Assembly (NCBI GenBank): GCA_965242865.1
Contig: CBDETK010000013.1
Coordinates: 1,088,001-1,152,000, forward strand
Direction: 5' to 3'
Origin: Candidatus Latescibacterota bacterium
Lineage (GTDB): Bacteria; Latescibacterota; UBA2968; UBA8231
Length of the DNA: 64,000 nucleotides
Positions 27,479-36,920 of this stretch are shown here, piece by piece. The stretch's first letter is position 1. Every line of letters begins with the position of its first letter. The translations under genes were made by a program, and so were the position numbers. The notes beneath the pieces were generated by a model that did not search any database, was not told where the DNA came from, and saw only the letters and a program-made list of their open reading frames with translations.

Positions 27479-29717
27479 CCACGCTCAGCGAGATCCGCCG
27501 CAAGGGGCGTAGCTTGCGCTCGATCGTCGCGTGATAGTATTGCAGGGCATTATCGACGCGCAGGTTGAGCCGCACCGGGCCTAGCTGGCGGCTCAACTGC
27601 ACGTCGAGCAAGTAAATGGGCACGTAGTCGCGCCCGCACTCGGCAAAGAGACCGGACACCCGTTCAAACCGGCTGAGGTACTGGAAATTTACCCGCCCAC
27701 TCGTGGGGCCGCGCTCCCCCAACAGGCCCAGATTGAGGACGTGGCGCGCCCGATAGGGCAGCGGCGCCCGCTCCCGGTAGTCGCCGTGGCAGTACGGCGG
27801 CAGCGCTTGGGCTGCATCAAGGAACTCCACGCCATCCACCAAGGTATAAGCCGCCCTAGCCCCTAGGCCGTGCGGCAAGGCGACCAAAAGCTCGCTTTCA
27901 ACCCCGGCGACCCGCGCCCGCGCCAAATTCAGGAAGCGCGCCACGGGCACCGCCCCGCCGGCAAAGGGGTCGGGACGCGCCTCGATCAGCCCGCGGTATT
28001 CGTTCCAAAACAGGGCCAGGTCCAAGGCCAACCACGTGGCCAGCCCCTGTTTGACCCCGACCTCGCCGGACCAAGCCCGCTCGGGATTTAGGGCGGGATT
28101 GGGACAGACGCGGATTCCCGAGGCCTCGGCCTGCGAAAAGACCTCCAGCACCGACGGCACCCGAAAGCCCCGGCCGAGCGAAGCCCGCAATGCGGTCGCC
28201 TCGGACAGCCGATAGGAAAAGCCGACTTGGGGGCTAAACTCCCCGGTGGTTTTGCTCTCGACCGGCGGCGCCCCGCACGGCCCCTCGGCCAGCCGAGAAG
28301 CCGCAGAGAGCCGGCTCCAGTCGTAGCGCAACCCAACCGTCCCCTCGGCCAGCGGGCTGATTTCATACACGCCTTGGGCGTAGCCGGAGACGGTCAGCAG
28401 GGAGCGCGTCCCGAGAAAATCGCCGGGCGAGCGCACCAAGTCGGCCACGGACGAAAGCCCCAGCGTCCAATTCCAGCCGCGCAACCCGGTGTAGTCGAAC
28501 TGACCTTCGCCCGAAATTTTGTGCCCTTCCGAGGCCAAGCCCCCAGCGGCCGCATTGTTGGTAAAATCCGTGCGGTAATACCCCCCCTTGAGCCGATAGC
28601 CCAAGTCGCTGTGGACCAAGTGGTAGTACTCGGAATTGAGGTGCAGTTTCCACGAGGTGGAATGGGCGGAAGCGTCGCTTGCGGGCACGGCCAGCGGCTG
28701 GCTGCGGTCGCGCCACTGAACGAAAACCCCAAAATCGTCGAGTGCCCAGTGGCCCATCACGCGCCAATAGCTCGTCGGGGAGAAGCGATGCACGGCCTTG
28801 GCGTAGAGGTGGTAGCGGCGGCCATCGCCGTTTTGGTGGTAGCCCGTGCCCCGGTTGTGCCCCCCGCTCAAGGCCAAGCCGGTCCGGCCCAACACCCGGT
28901 TGTGGCTTGCGTCAAAGCCGACAAAGTGCATCGGGGAATCGGTCCAGCGCCATGGGCGGTAGGTCGGCGGGCTGTACAAGCCGCTGAGCAGGCGGAAGCG
29001 GGTGCCGGGTGCCCGCGCCGGATCGCGGGTAAGCACGTTGATTACCCCACCCAGAGCCCCCGTGCCGTACAGGGCCGAGCCGGCCCCTTTGACCACCTCC
29101 ACGCGCTCGACTTGCTGCAGGGGCACGGCATCCCACTTGATGTCGCCCAAGTCTGACGACAGCAGGGGGAAGCCATCTACCAGCATGAGCAGCCGACTGC
29201 CCGTACCGCGGCTGAACCCGCTCGACCCGCGGATGACCGGCTCGCTGCCTACTTGGCTGACGCCCGAGACATAGCGCAGGGGGCCGGTCAGGGAGAACGC
29301 GTTGTGGTCGGCGATGCGCTCGGCATCGGCGACTGAAATGCTAATGGGAGCTTGGGCAAAGGTCTGGGAGCGGCGGGCCGCCGAGACGACCAGCTCGGGC
29401 ACTTCGACGGCCGTAGGTTCGAGGGCGACGACGCGCTCGTCCGCTCCGGGGGCTACCTCGCGCAGGGTGTGCGAGCGGTAGCCAATGTGCGAACAGAGCA
29501 GATCGTAGCGGCCGGGGGGCAAGCCCTCGATTCGGCAGTAGCCCTCTTCGTTGGCGTACCCCCCGAACTCCGTGCCCAGCACCGCCAACGTCGCCCCGGG
29601 CAGCGGGGTTTGGTCGCTGGCGTCGCGGACGCGGACGACGATGTCAGCGGCCGAGCTCGGCCAGCAGGTCAGCAGGCAAAGCGCGCTCGCACAGAGCAAT
29701 GCTCGGGTCGGTTTCAT
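27465..29717 (-). CDS. TonB-dependent receptor with N-terminal carboxypeptidase-regulatory-like domain
   Basis: Signal peptide; plug motifs IRG, VDG and VERVEVVKGAGSALYGTGALGGVINV; LNPE. Confidence 0.9.
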   Translation of the reverse strand: MKPTRALLCASALCLLTCWPSSAADIVVRVRDASDQTPLPGATLAVLGTEFGGYANEEGYCRIEGLPPGRYDLLCSHIGYRSHTLREVAPGADERVVALEPTAVEVPELVVSAARRSQTFAQAPISISVADAERIADHNAFSLTGPLRYVSGVSQVGSEPVIRGSSGFSRGTGSRLLMLVDGFPLLSSDLGDIKWDAVPLQQVERVEVVKGAGSALYGTGALGGVINVLTRDPARAPGTRFRLLSGLYSPPTYRPWRWTDSPMHFVGFDASHNRVLGRTGLALSGGHNRGTGYHQNGDGRRYHLYAKAVHRFSPTSYWRVMGHWALDDFGVFVQWRDRSQPLAVPASDASAHSTSWKLHLNSEYYHLVHSDLGYRLKGGYYRTDFTNNAAAGGLASEGHKISGEGQFDYTGLRGWNWTLGLSSVADLVRSPGDFLGTRSLLTVSGYAQGVYEISPLAEGTVGLRYDWSRLSAASRLAEGPCGAPPVESKTTGEFSPQVGFSYRLSEATALRASLGRGFRVPSVLEVFSQAEASGIRVCPNPALNPERAWSGEVGVKQGLATWLALDLALFWNEYRGLIEARPDPFAGGAVPVARFLNLARARVAGVESELLVALPHGLGARAAYTLVDGVEFLDAAQALPPYCHGDYRERAPLPYRARHVLNLGLLGERGPTSGRVNFQYLSRFERVSGLFAECGRDYVPIYLLDVQLSRQLGPVRLNLRVDNALQYYHATIERKLRPLRRISLSVDGAL

Positions 29718-30135
29718 CGTCCAACACCGCGAAATTGACCTCAATGTCGATATCAGGGGTGATCTGGCCGGGTTCTACTTCCACCGGCGTCGGATAGCAG
29801 CCCAGCAGCGAGGTAAGGTTCCAAACTTGGCCCTCCGCACGCCAAGCCACGATAATCCATTGATAGACGCCTTCCCCGTCTAAGGGAACGAAGTAGTTGT
29901 AGGATTCAACGCCGAGCTCGACGGCCGTATCCCAGCCGTTGATGTTAAAAAAATCGGCCAACGCAGCCGGTGGCTCGCGATAGACAGCCACGGCCACCTC
30001 CCCCACATCGGCCGGCCACGCGCCGACAAAACTCAGCCGGCCGGCAATCCCGGGCTGCACGGGGGCCTCGGCATTGAGCCCGCGGTCGCAGCCCCAGCAC
30101 AAAGCCAAGGCCGCGACCCAACGCCAAACCGGCAC
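29644..30135 (-). CDS. Hypothetical lipoprotein
   Basis: LALCWGC lipobox-like; in the operon with the TonB receptor. Confidence 0.55.
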   Translation of the reverse strand: MPVWRWVAALALCWGCDRGLNAEAPVQPGIAGRLSFVGAWPADVGEVAVAVYREPPAALADFFNINGWDTAVELGVESYNYFVPLDGEGVYQWIIVAWRAEGQVWNLTSLLGCYPTPVEVEPGQITPDIDIEVNFAVLDDETDPSIALCERALPADLLAELGR

Positions 30136-30137
30136 TA

Positions 30138-30656
30138 CTATCCAGCCGCCTCGGCGGCCGCTGCTGCTGCCGCTGCTGCCGAGAGCTCGGCGACGTCAAA
30201 CTCGGCGTCGTTGATGGTGATCGTCCCGGTCGCCGAAAGGCCGTCGGTCCCAACCGAAATCTCCATATTGAGCACGAGTTCGGCGTCCTGTGATCCAGAC
30301 AGAGTAATCTCCCCGGTCAACGGAATGGGCGTCTCGGTCACGCCGACGTTCAAGGTGCCGTTGATGATCAACGTGCCATCGGGCGAGAAATCCTGCAACG
30401 TCCATTGGTTGCCCTCGACTGCCACCGAGCCGCCGCCCTCCCCGTCCACCGACGTCTGACCGACTGCCACTGCGAAAAAGACATTTGTAAAACTGGAAAC
30501 CAGCGTGCCGTATAAGCCGACGATTTCAGGCGTTATCTCGGCCACCGGGGCCGGCTCGGGCTCCACCGGCGTGGGTTCGTCGTCGTCGCCACAAGCGGCC
30601 AACGCGAGAACACTACACAGGACTAGGGCCGTGGTTTTATCCAGCCATTTGCGCAT
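30138..30656 (-). CDS. Hypothetical acidic lipoprotein
   Basis: LALAACGDDD lipobox; GAGGAGG RBS. Confidence 0.75.
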   Translation of the reverse strand: MRKWLDKTTALVLCSVLALAACGDDDEPTPVEPEPAPVAEITPEIVGLYGTLVSSFTNVFFAVAVGQTSVDGEGGGSVAVEGNQWTLQDFSPDGTLIINGTLNVGVTETPIPLTGEITLSGSQDAELVLNMEISVGTDGLSATGTITINDAEFDVAELSAAAAAAAAAEAAG

Positions 30657-30708
30657 GATATTATCCTCCTCAAAAGATTAAATGAGCTGAGCCGTTAGGA
30701 CGCCCCGC

Positions 30709-31815
30709 TCAAGAGACGGTTTCGCTTCCCCGAACATAGCGCACCAGTGCTTCTTCGTCCAGCACACAACCCAACCCCGGCTGCATGGGCGTGGGCACGT
30801 ACCCATCGACAAACGGAATCGGCTCCACGATCAGGTCGTCCTCGCGGGTCCAGCTCCCCACAAAATCCGAGGCCATCGTGCAGTTGGGCGCGGCCGCGGC
30901 CGCGTGGATGTACGCGGTATCGACGATGCCCAAGTCGTTGCCCGAGCCGTGCCAGCAGCGCAAGCCGGCCGCGGCCGCTACGGCCGCATACTTCTGAAAG
31001 CCCACGAGGCTGCCGCCCAAGTTCAGGCAATCGACCACCTCGGCCTTGATGGCGCGGACGATGGCCGGCCCGCTCCCCAAGTGCATGGCCACCGGCAGGT
31101 CAATCGCCTCGTGGATTTGAACATACCCGGCCAAGTCGGACTTGGGGATGGGATCTTCAAAGACTTCGACATTGCCCACCTCCGCGAGCTGCTCGGCGAG
31201 CGCAATGGTCTGCTCGGCCGTGTGGAAGCGCTCGTTGGGATCCACCGTCACCTTAAAATCCACGCCGCCCACCGCGCGCATAGCCTCCAGCCGCTCGACC
31301 ATCGGCTCTTCGATTTTGCACTTGATCTTGACGCCTTTGAACCCGTGCGCGAGCGCCCGCTCAACCGCCCGCTGGCCATCTTCCGGCGTCTGATGCCCCA
31401 TCCAATAATCGGCCCGCACCCGGTCGCGCACCGCGCCGCCCAGCAGCGCGTGTACGGGCACGCCACGCGCCTTGCCCACCAAGTCGAAGACCGCCATCTC
31501 AAAGGCGTCGTACGCCGGGCCAGCCCCCACGGTTGGCAACTCCTCGGTGCCGTCGTGGCGGGCGGCGAAAATGTCCTGCAAGGTCAGGTGCTCCGGGTCT
31601 TGGCCCAGCAACCGGGCCGCTCCTTCCCGAACTTGCGCGACCGGCACGCCGCGCCCGGTCTCGCCCAAGCCGCCCCACTCGGTATCCGTATTCAGACGCA
31701 CGATGTGCTTGGGCACTTGGTCCCATCCGGTCTCGGGCACCCACTCCGGGCTGTGTACCCGCCCGGGAATGGTCGGCACCACTACGGTCCAAACATCGAC
31801 AGACGTTATCTTCAT
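30709..31815 (-). CDS. Mandelate racemase/muconate lactonizing enzyme family
   Basis: GLGE, DLVGKARGVPVHALLGG, KIK, VDPN, FEDP, PGLG. Confidence 0.9.
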   Translation of the reverse strand: MKITSVDVWTVVVPTIPGRVHSPEWVPETGWDQVPKHIVRLNTDTEWGGLGETGRGVPVAQVREGAARLLGQDPEHLTLQDIFAARHDGTEELPTVGAGPAYDAFEMAVFDLVGKARGVPVHALLGGAVRDRVRADYWMGHQTPEDGQRAVERALAHGFKGVKIKCKIEEPMVERLEAMRAVGGVDFKVTVDPNERFHTAEQTIALAEQLAEVGNVEVFEDPIPKSDLAGYVQIHEAIDLPVAMHLGSGPAIVRAIKAEVVDCLNLGGSLVGFQKYAAVAAAAGLRCWHGSGNDLGIVDTAYIHAAAAAPNCTMASDFVGSWTREDDLIVEPIPFVDGYVPTPMQPGLGCVLDEEALVRYVRGSETVS

Positions 31816-31846
31816 AATCCAATCCCCTCGCGTGAACGCCGGTGGG

Positions 31847-32044
31847 CTATTTGCTGAAAATCTGAAAGAGAACCCCCACCACAGAAACCAACGCCGCGGC
31901 CACCGCCACAAACAGCACTTGGCGCAACTCGCGGATATCTTGGCGCAACTCGCGAATATCGCCCTTCAAGTCTTGATGGCTTTCCGAGATGCGACGCTCT
32001 AAAGACTCAATTTGCTTGTCCCTCAATTCCTCAACAGTCGTCAT
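31847..32044 (-). CDS. Small coiled-coil protein with C-terminal TM helix
   Basis: DIRELRQDIRELRQ then a hydrophobic tail; GAGG RBS. Confidence 0.6.
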   Translation of the reverse strand: MTTVEELRDKQIESLERRISESHQDLKGDIRELRQDIRELRQVLFVAVAAALVSVVGVLFQIFSK

Positions 32045-32174
32045 GGTATCCACCTCGTCCTTTCACGGTTAAGTACGCGACACTCACTTTCTGCGGTTCC
32101 CGCTACATCCGGGATCGAGGGCGTCCCGCCCTCGATCCTTAGGACAACGCGGGCTAGCGTCGCGTAGCAAATTT

Positions 32175-33239
32175 TCACGGTATGAAGCTGGTCTCTTCAT
32201 CGACAGCCAGCGCGAATTCCGCCAACAACTGGGCAGTGTGGTCCAAGTCGGCCCAAGACGCGATCTCGACCGGCGTGTGCATATAGCGCTGCGGCACGCT
32301 GACCAAGCCGGTGGCCACCCCGGCCCGACTGAGCTGGATGGCGTTGGCGTCCGTGCCCGTGCCGCCGGGGTCGGCTTGGATCTGATGGGGAATTTTCTTC
32401 TTTGTCGCCACCTGCACCAGCCGCTCGGACACGACCGGGTTGGCGTTGGCCCCGCGCAAAATGACCGGCCCCCCGCCCAGCTTGCACTCCCCAACTTGGC
32501 GCTTATCCATATCGGGATGATCCGTGGCCCACGTGACATCCACGGCAATGCCCACCAGCGGATCGATTCCGTAGGTGCTGGTCTTGGCCCCGCGGATTCC
32601 CACTTCCTCCTGCGCGGTGGCCACGGCATACACAGCGGCTCGACACGTGCGCTTGGCGCGGCGCACCCGCCGGAGCGCCTCGGCGACCACCCAAGCCCCG
32701 GCCTTATTGTCAATCCCCCGCGACACCACCAGCCCGTTGCGGAGCTCCTCAAAGTTGGCGTCGTAGGTCGCCGGGTCGCCAACGGCCACGAGTTGCCGCG
32801 CCTCGGCCGCGCTGGCCGCGCCAATGTCGATCCACAAGTCGTGTTTGTCCGGTACTTTGGTCCGGTCGGCTTGCTTCATCAGGTGAATGGGCTTTTTGCC
32901 CAACACGCCCAAGACCGGGCCTTGCGCGGTGTGGATATGCACCTTGCGGCCGGGCACGAGCTGCAAGTCAAAACCGCCGATGGTGTCAAAGTAGAGATAG
33001 CCTTGGTCGTCGATGTAAATGATCTGAAAGCCCAGCTCGTCGGCGTGCCCGGCGAACATGATTCTGGGACGACCGGCCTCGTTGTAGCAGCCGATGGTAT
33101 TGCCGTGGACATCGACCTCGACTCGGTCGGCGTACTGTTCAACCTCGGCTTTCCACACCGCCCGCACCGGTCCTTCGTAGCCCGAAGGCCCAGGGGCCTT
33201 GAGCAGATCAACGAGAAACCGCTTAGATGCTGAACGCAT
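32175..33239 (-). CDS. M42 family metallopeptidase
   Basis: PSGYE, GHADE, DNKAG, QEEVG, VDV, GTDA, YMHTPVE. Confidence 0.92.
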   Translation of the reverse strand: MRSASKRFLVDLLKAPGPSGYEGPVRAVWKAEVEQYADRVEVDVHGNTIGCYNEAGRPRIMFAGHADELGFQIIYIDDQGYLYFDTIGGFDLQLVPGRKVHIHTAQGPVLGVLGKKPIHLMKQADRTKVPDKHDLWIDIGAASAAEARQLVAVGDPATYDANFEELRNGLVVSRGIDNKAGAWVVAEALRRVRRAKRTCRAAVYAVATAQEEVGIRGAKTSTYGIDPLVGIAVDVTWATDHPDMDKRQVGECKLGGGPVILRGANANPVVSERLVQVATKKKIPHQIQADPGGTGTDANAIQLSRAGVATGLVSVPQRYMHTPVEIASWADLDHTAQLLAEFALAVDEETSFIP

Positions 33240-33263
33240 AAATCTCCTTTAGCTATTCGGTTC

Positions 33264-33381
33264 GTTGGGCGCACCCCCCGTTGGGCGCACCAATAAACCC
33301 CTCCGCCGCCGCTTCCGCTATTGGGCGCGTCCCCCGTTGGGTGCGCCCCCCGTTGGGTGCGCCCCCTGTGGCGCACCAATA
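33264..33381. repeat. Cluster of ~16-bp TTGGG(C/T)GC(A/G)(C/T)CCCCCG repeats
   Basis: About 5-6 imperfect copies in two blocks, each ending GCGCACCAAT. Confidence 0.75.
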
Positions 33382-33396
33382 CCCCCTCCTCTACGA

Positions 33397-34869
33397 CTAC
33401 GACGCACGATGCGATGATATAGAGGAAGGCAGTTTACAAAAAGTGCCGACAGCGCAGACCGCCGCGTTGACGCCCAATCCAACGACCCCGGCGTGAAAGC
33501 CCCACACCATCGGTTTTCCCCCCAAGGTCAACCCCAGCGCCACCGCCAGCCCGCAGACCATGCCGACCAGCGCGGTCCGCGCCGCAAGCCGCTTCCAGTA
33601 CAAGCCCAAAAAGAAGCACGGCACCACTTGGATCAAAACCTCGAACTTGAGCTCCAGCAGCCGCACCAACGTCGCCTCAGTGCCAATAGCCACTGCGACC
33701 AGCAACGCGACGATAGCCCACGAGCAGAGCTTGCCCACCTTCGTCAACTCGGCTTCGGTCGCCTGCGGCCGGAAATACGGCAGGTACATGTCCTTGGTGA
33801 ACATCGACGAAATCGACAGCAAGGCCGAGTCGGCCGTGGACATCAGCGCGGCCAGCACCGCGGCAAAGATCGCCACCACCAGCCAGTAGCCCAGCGCGGA
33901 TTCGCCCATCACCAGCGCACAGAGCCGGGCCAGGGCTTGTTCGCTTTCGGCTTTGCTCAGGTCGGGCAACACCACCGCGGCCGTCAAGCCGCAGACGAGG
34001 ACCACCAAGGTCGTGGTAAGCGGCATAAAGGCCATCAGGGTCAGCGACCGCTTGAGCACCGCGACCGAGCGGCTGGCGTAGAGCCGCTGGATCGCTTGCG
34101 GGTAAATGGCCGCCCCGCATCCCAAAAGCAGGGCGTAGCTGATCCACTTGTTGGCCCCCTCCCAGTTCGGCACTTGGACCTTGGGCGGATCCATTTCGCT
34201 CAGTTGGGCCACGACCTGCCCCAAGCCCCCTCCTAACTTCTGCGGGATGAGGAAGGCCAAGATGCCAAAGCCCAACAACAGCACCCCCCCCTGCATGACA
34301 TCCGTCCACGCCACCGAGCGCATCCCCCCCAAGGTCTCATAGACGACCATGATCACCGCCAAGCCGATAATGCCGTAGCTGCCCGGGATCGCGCCATCGG
34401 TGATCCCCTCGACGGCCGCGCCCATCGCCTTGAGCTGGGCCAGCGCGTAATTGCCCAGCGCGTAGATCATCAAGACCGTGCTCAACAGCGTCAGCGCCGA
34501 CGAGCGGAAGCGGTGCGTAATGTAGTCGCCCGGGGTGATAAACCCCTCTCGACGCGCCAGCGCGACCAAGCGCGGGGCAAAGAGCATGTAGCCGACGATG
34601 ACCGAGAACATAAAGAGCACCGACGCCGTCCACTCAAAGCCGATGCGGTAAGTCTTGCCGGTGTAGCCAAAGAGCGTATTGCCGCTGTACTGGGTTGCAT
34701 ACAGCGTCAAAAAGAGCACCAGCAGGCCCATCGAGCGCCCGGCCAGATAGAAATCGGCCATGCTGTTGGAGCGGCGGCGCGTGCGCGCAATCCACCCCAC
34801 CCCGATCATCGAGATTAGGTACAGCCCCACGGCGATGAGGGCGCCCGGACCAAACACCATGCCGCCCAT
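33397..34869 (-). CDS. Sodium:solute symporter family (PanF/PutP-like)
   Basis: DFYLAGR, ATQYSG, GGMRSVAWTD, AALMSTADS; many TM helices. Confidence 0.92.
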   Translation of the reverse strand: MGGMVFGPGALIAVGLYLISMIGVGWIARTRRRSNSMADFYLAGRSMGLLVLFLTLYATQYSGNTLFGYTGKTYRIGFEWTASVLFMFSVIVGYMLFAPRLVALARREGFITPGDYITHRFRSSALTLLSTVLMIYALGNYALAQLKAMGAAVEGITDGAIPGSYGIIGLAVIMVVYETLGGMRSVAWTDVMQGGVLLLGFGILAFLIPQKLGGGLGQVVAQLSEMDPPKVQVPNWEGANKWISYALLLGCGAAIYPQAIQRLYASRSVAVLKRSLTLMAFMPLTTTLVVLVCGLTAAVVLPDLSKAESEQALARLCALVMGESALGYWLVVAIFAAVLAALMSTADSALLSISSMFTKDMYLPYFRPQATEAELTKVGKLCSWAIVALLVAVAIGTEATLVRLLELKFEVLIQVVPCFFLGLYWKRLAARTALVGMVCGLAVALGLTLGGKPMVWGFHAGVVGLGVNAAVCAVGTFCKLPSSISSHRAS

Positions 34870-35108
34870 CAGTCTTGCTCCTCTGCATCAATCCAGTAGC
34901 GCTGAATCACCCAGCCCGTCCAAGCGGCCAACAGCAGCACCGCCCCCAGCGACACGGCCACCCATAGCGGAAAGCCCAGCACCAGCGGCCCCCGATACCC
35001 TTCGGGCCAGTACCAAGGCACGGCCAGCGCGTAGAGCAGCAAATAGACGATCCAGACGTAGCCGACCTTGCGCGGCTCCGAAACGAGTTGTTCGTGTGAG
35101 TCATTCAT
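34869..35108 (-). CDS. Small 2-TM symporter accessory protein (DUF3311/DUF997-like)
   Basis: VPWYW...LGFPLW; coupled to the symporter gene. Confidence 0.7.
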   Translation of the reverse strand: MNDSHEQLVSEPRKVGYVWIVYLLLYALAVPWYWPEGYRGPLVLGFPLWVAVSLGAVLLLAAWTGWVIQRYWIDAEEQD

Positions 35109-35118
35109 ACCGAGCAAA

Positions 35119-36330
35119 TCAAAGCGCAGACACCGGAATTGACAAGGCCGCTTCCGCCAGCGGCAGCGATTGTTCGGCCAAACAGACCACGCCGCCGCTC
35201 CCTACAGGCCGGTTTAATTTTTTCAATGCTTGGAAGTGCCGGACGTGGTTTTTAGTGGGCGAAGCGGTCTTTTTGAACTCCAGCGGATAGATCGCGCCAT
35301 CCTGCAGCACGAGCAGATCAATTTCTTTGCCATCTCGATCCCGATAATAATAGAATGGGGCTAGACGCCCGTTGTGCCAGTAACTCTTCAGCAGTTCGCT
35401 CACGATCCAAGACTCCAAGATGGGGCCGGACATGGCCCCGGCTTCGAGCGTCTCCGGGCTAGCCCACTCGGTCAGGTAGGCGCACAGCCCGGTATCGACA
35501 AAATAGAGCTTGGGGCTTTTCACCAGCCGCTTGGTGAGGTTGGTGTAATACGGCTCCAAGAGATAGACCATTCCAGCAGTCTGTAAGATCGACAGCCATG
35601 TTTTCGCGGTATTGGGCGCGACATCCGCATCGCGCGCCAAGTCCGAAAAGTTGACTATTTGTCCGGTTCGGGCCGCCGCGGCCCTCAGAAAGCGAAGAAA
35701 GGCCAGCTCATCGCCGACTCGGGCGAGGTCGCGAATATCGCGCTGGAGGTACGTTTGCAAGTACGCGCTGTAAAAAAGGCCCCAATCCATTTGCTCGTCC
35801 AGCGCAATGGCGGGGAAATCGCCGCGCCATATAATCCGGTAGAGTTCCTTTAAGCCGAGCGAGCCGCCCGTGCGGACCCTATCGCCCACAGCGTCCGGGA
35901 TCGGCAAAAACGGCCCATCCGCCCGCCCTAGCCGCTCGCGCCGCGAAAGCCCCAAAAGCTGCACAATGCCCACTCGCCCGGCCAAGGATTCGGACGCGCC
36001 TTGCATCAAGTGAAAGTGCTGCGAACCTGTGAGCCAAAACTGACCAGGCGTCCGCTCTCGATCTACGGCCATTTTGATATAGGGCAAAAGCTGCGGCGCG
36101 TATTGGATTTCGTCGATGAGCACCGGCGGCGCGAACCGCTGCATGAACAGGGCGGGGTCTTCGCGGGCCAAGCTCTGGACTAGGGGATCGTCTAAGGTGA
36201 CGTAGGTGCGGTCTGATTGGCTTGCGTGTTTCAACAGGGTCGTCTTGCCGACCTGTCTGGCCCCGCAGACCATGAGAACGGGGAATCGGCAAGACGCAAC
36301 AAAGGCTTCGAGCGTTCGGGAGACGTACAT
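35119..36330 (-). CDS. AAA_14 ATPase with DUF4143 C-terminal domain
   Basis: GARQVGKT, IDEIQ, LTGS, ESLAGR, KSPKLYFVDTGL, YYRDRDGKEIDL, PLEFK. Confidence 0.9.
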   Translation of the reverse strand: MYVSRTLEAFVASCRFPVLMVCGARQVGKTTLLKHASQSDRTYVTLDDPLVQSLAREDPALFMQRFAPPVLIDEIQYAPQLLPYIKMAVDRERTPGQFWLTGSQHFHLMQGASESLAGRVGIVQLLGLSRRERLGRADGPFLPIPDAVGDRVRTGGSLGLKELYRIIWRGDFPAIALDEQMDWGLFYSAYLQTYLQRDIRDLARVGDELAFLRFLRAAAARTGQIVNFSDLARDADVAPNTAKTWLSILQTAGMVYLLEPYYTNLTKRLVKSPKLYFVDTGLCAYLTEWASPETLEAGAMSGPILESWIVSELLKSYWHNGRLAPFYYYRDRDGKEIDLLVLQDGAIYPLEFKKTASPTKNHVRHFQALKKLNRPVGSGGVVCLAEQSLPLAEAALSIPVSAL

Positions 36331-36341
36331 GCTGACCTCAA

Positions 36342-36378
36342 ATCGGCTGATTTGCAGTGAGATTGCAAATTAGCCGAT
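36342..36378. promoter_or_regulatory. 15-bp inverted repeat (operator or hairpin)
   Basis: ATCGGCTGATTTGCA-N7-TGCAAATTAGCCGAT (14/15), just upstream of the AAA_14 start. Confidence 0.5.
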
Positions 36379-36557
36379 ATGCAGGTGCTGTCAAGGAGAG
36401 GCTGTCGTACCCTTTAGAATATGTCGGCCAGCTTTAACGCGAAGCCCTTTATCCGGTGCCTGAAATTTTCAAGTTGTTCGGCCCGGCAATGACGAGGTGA
36501 TCTGGAAGTTCAAATTCTAAGTACTCGAATTTCTTAAAATTTTTGATAACCACTTTG

Positions 36558-36920
36558 TTAATCATGCCGATTCTCCTTTGGAACAAAAAAGGGAGGGCTT
36601 TCGCTCCAGACGATGCGCCCTTTTCGCAGCCAATAGTGGCAGCGGCAGGGCAAGCCGGTTACGTGGACTGAGGGTGACAGTGAAATCTGTCCGTCCACAT
36701 GTTCCGTTATGCTCCACCGTTTGTCAACTTGAGGCGACACATCCAAGTGAACAACTTGTCGGCATGTCCTGCGAGGGCAGACAATAGCTGCATAAAACGG
36801 GTGTTTGCGTCCGCCAATGATGTACACCGTATTTTTGTGGAGATCGTCCGGCAAATCCTCTACCCACTCCGTGCGGTAAGGACGGAAACGCGCCCATATA
36901 TTGAAAATCCACCTAAACAT
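36558..36920 (-). CDS. DUF6527-family protein of a Bub-type ubiquitin-like operon
   Basis: CP..C...W...ISLSPSV...CRCHYWLRKGRIVW pattern; last gene of the Ubl-E2-E1 operon. Confidence 0.75.
   Translation of the reverse strand: MFRWIFNIWARFRPYRTEWVEDLPDDLHKNTVYIIGGRKHPFYAAIVCPRRTCRQVVHLDVSPQVDKRWSITEHVDGQISLSPSVHVTGLPCRCHYWLRKGRIVWSESPPFFVPKENRHD

Noticed and set aside
33264-33381. Possible CRISPR array
   Set aside because: Repeats are too short, irregular and lack spacers.
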